Below are positions 31,260 to 32,000 of a stretch of 32,000 nt of DNA, in pieces. Positions within the stretch are counted from its first letter, which is position 1; every line of letters starts with the position of its first letter. Below the pieces are notes generated by a model. It did no database searches. It saw nothing but the letters and a program-made list of their open reading frames with translations, and was not told the DNA's origin. Source of the stretch: Candidatus Nanosynbacter lyticus (GTDB taxonomy: Bacteria > Patescibacteriota > Saccharimonadia > Saccharimonadales > Saccharimonadaceae); assembly GCF_000803625.1 (NCBI RefSeq), contig NZ_CP007496.1, forward strand, positions 150,001 through 182,000, written 5' to 3'. The translations under genes and the position numbers were made by a program.

Positions 31260-31868
31260 ATGTCTAGGATAGGCTATGAAGGAGAGGGTGTTCCTGATCA
31301 CCTACAAAATAAGACCATTGAAACGATGTTTCCCGACACACTTTACGTGCCGGCTGTCGATTCTTTTACAGACATGAATGAGATATTTTATATTGATAAA
31401 AATCAAGCTAGTGGTTTGGGTAGGTTGGTTGTCGATGGTAGGCAGGATCTAAGATTGGTCGAGTCGGACGATTCGTTGGATGAGATGGTTGTATTGATGA
31501 AGGTGTGGGTGCAGGACAGTAAAGGGGAATTGCGCGAATATATTATTGCGGATTGCCGATATTGTGATGATCAATTTGACTTGATTGGTGATGATTCGGA
31601 AGTTGACTTTACTGACCAGGAAACCGCTTGGGGTGAGATTGACTATATGCAACATCGGGTTACAGTTTCTGCGGTAATTGACAATATAGATAAGGGAAAA
31701 ATTGGAGTTTGGGGCGATCCAGATCTTTATGATACTGCAATACACATGGCAAGGGTGGTGGACGAAGCGGTTAGTGGTCGCGACCGTGCTGCGATTTCGG
31801 AGGTTTCTGGAAAAGAGGATGGTACTAGTCAGCTAAAGTTAAGAACGAGGGATTCGCAGCAGGATTAG
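31260..31868 (+). CDS. Hypothetical acidic cytoplasmic protein (202 aa)
   Basis: A long ORF with its own promoter and SD. I recognise no motif and see no TM helix or signal peptide. Confidence 0.6.
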   Translation: MSRIGYEGEGVPDHLQNKTIETMFPDTLYVPAVDSFTDMNEIFYIDKNQASGLGRLVVDGRQDLRLVESDDSLDEMVVLMKVWVQDSKGELREYIIADCRYCDDQFDLIGDDSEVDFTDQETAWGEIDYMQHRVTVSAVIDNIDKGKIGVWGDPDLYDTAIHMARVVDEAVSGRDRAAISEVSGKEDGTSQLKLRTRDSQQD

Positions 31869-31966
31869 TTTGCGATGTGTCAATTAAAATTAGTTTAGGT
31901 ACTTGACTATTTACAGTACCTTGTATAACATAGTACTATGTATAGCAAAACTATAAGGAGCGTAGT

Positions 31967-32000
31967 ATGAGAAGAATAGATATTATTAAGCGAGCCGGGC
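31967..32000 (+). CDS. Start of a gene running off the window (MRRIDIIKRAG...); N-terminus resembles FtsX/MacB-type ABC permeases
   Basis: AAGGAG (31955-31960) lies 6 nt before the ATG at 31967. Only 11 codons are visible, so the family guess is weak. Confidence 0.3.
   Translation, partial: MRRIDIIKRAG

Noticed and set aside
1-32000. Mobile elements, CRISPR arrays, tRNA/rRNA genes and classic defence or toxin-antitoxin pairs.
   Set aside because: I saw no arrays of direct repeats, transposase or integrase-like ORFs, or tRNA-like T-arm motifs in intergenic DNA. Intergenic regions are at most about 340 nt, and leaders, promoters and terminators account for them.

Overview
Tightly packed 32-kb bacterial window with about 35 protein genes on both strands. 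I found no rRNA, tRNA, CRISPR array, IS element or integrase. Product calls rest on motif recognition in the supplied translations; no database search was run.

Most genes are core housekeeping:
- Translation: ileS behind a T-box leader, proS, lysS, prfA, prmC, frr, tsf, rpsB, rplU, rpmE.
- Segregation and repair: parA, parB, recF, ung.
- Envelope: lepB, an LCP-family ligase, HtrA, RseP, a CPBP protease, uppS, galU, DUF2207, CNNM.

The genetic code is standard, since TGA is used as a stop in the ATGA overlaps at 9272-9275 and 23102-23105.

The order rpsB-tsf-(recF inverted)-frr-(extra gene)-uppS-rseP-(CPBP)-proS mirrors the Bacillus-type rpsB-tsf-pyrH-frr-uppS-cdsA-dxr-rseP-proS block. Here pyrH, cdsA and dxr are absent from their syntenic slots. 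Together with a sortase-type anchor signal, an LCP ligase and a T-box, this suggests a reduced-genome monoderm-type organism, possibly Patescibacteria/Saccharibacteria-like. That assignment is inference only.

Main points of interest:
1. The only clearly accessory block is a four-gene WxL-type surface-protein locus at 1-3505. It has two paralogous WxL-like proteins, an LAxTG-anchored protein and a DUF916/DUF3324-like membrane-anchored protein.
2. A nucleotidyltransferase-fold gene is translationally coupled between frr and uppS.
3. About 19 TGn-extended or near-consensus -10 elements recur through the window. Ten sit only 6-10 nt from a start codon, implying widespread leaderless mRNAs.
4. The type-2 IleRS has a non-canonical HIGH motif (HHGT) and sits behind a compact T-box.
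5. prfA and prmC are split by a 483-bp insert.
6. Several orphan acidic proteins have their own promoters.
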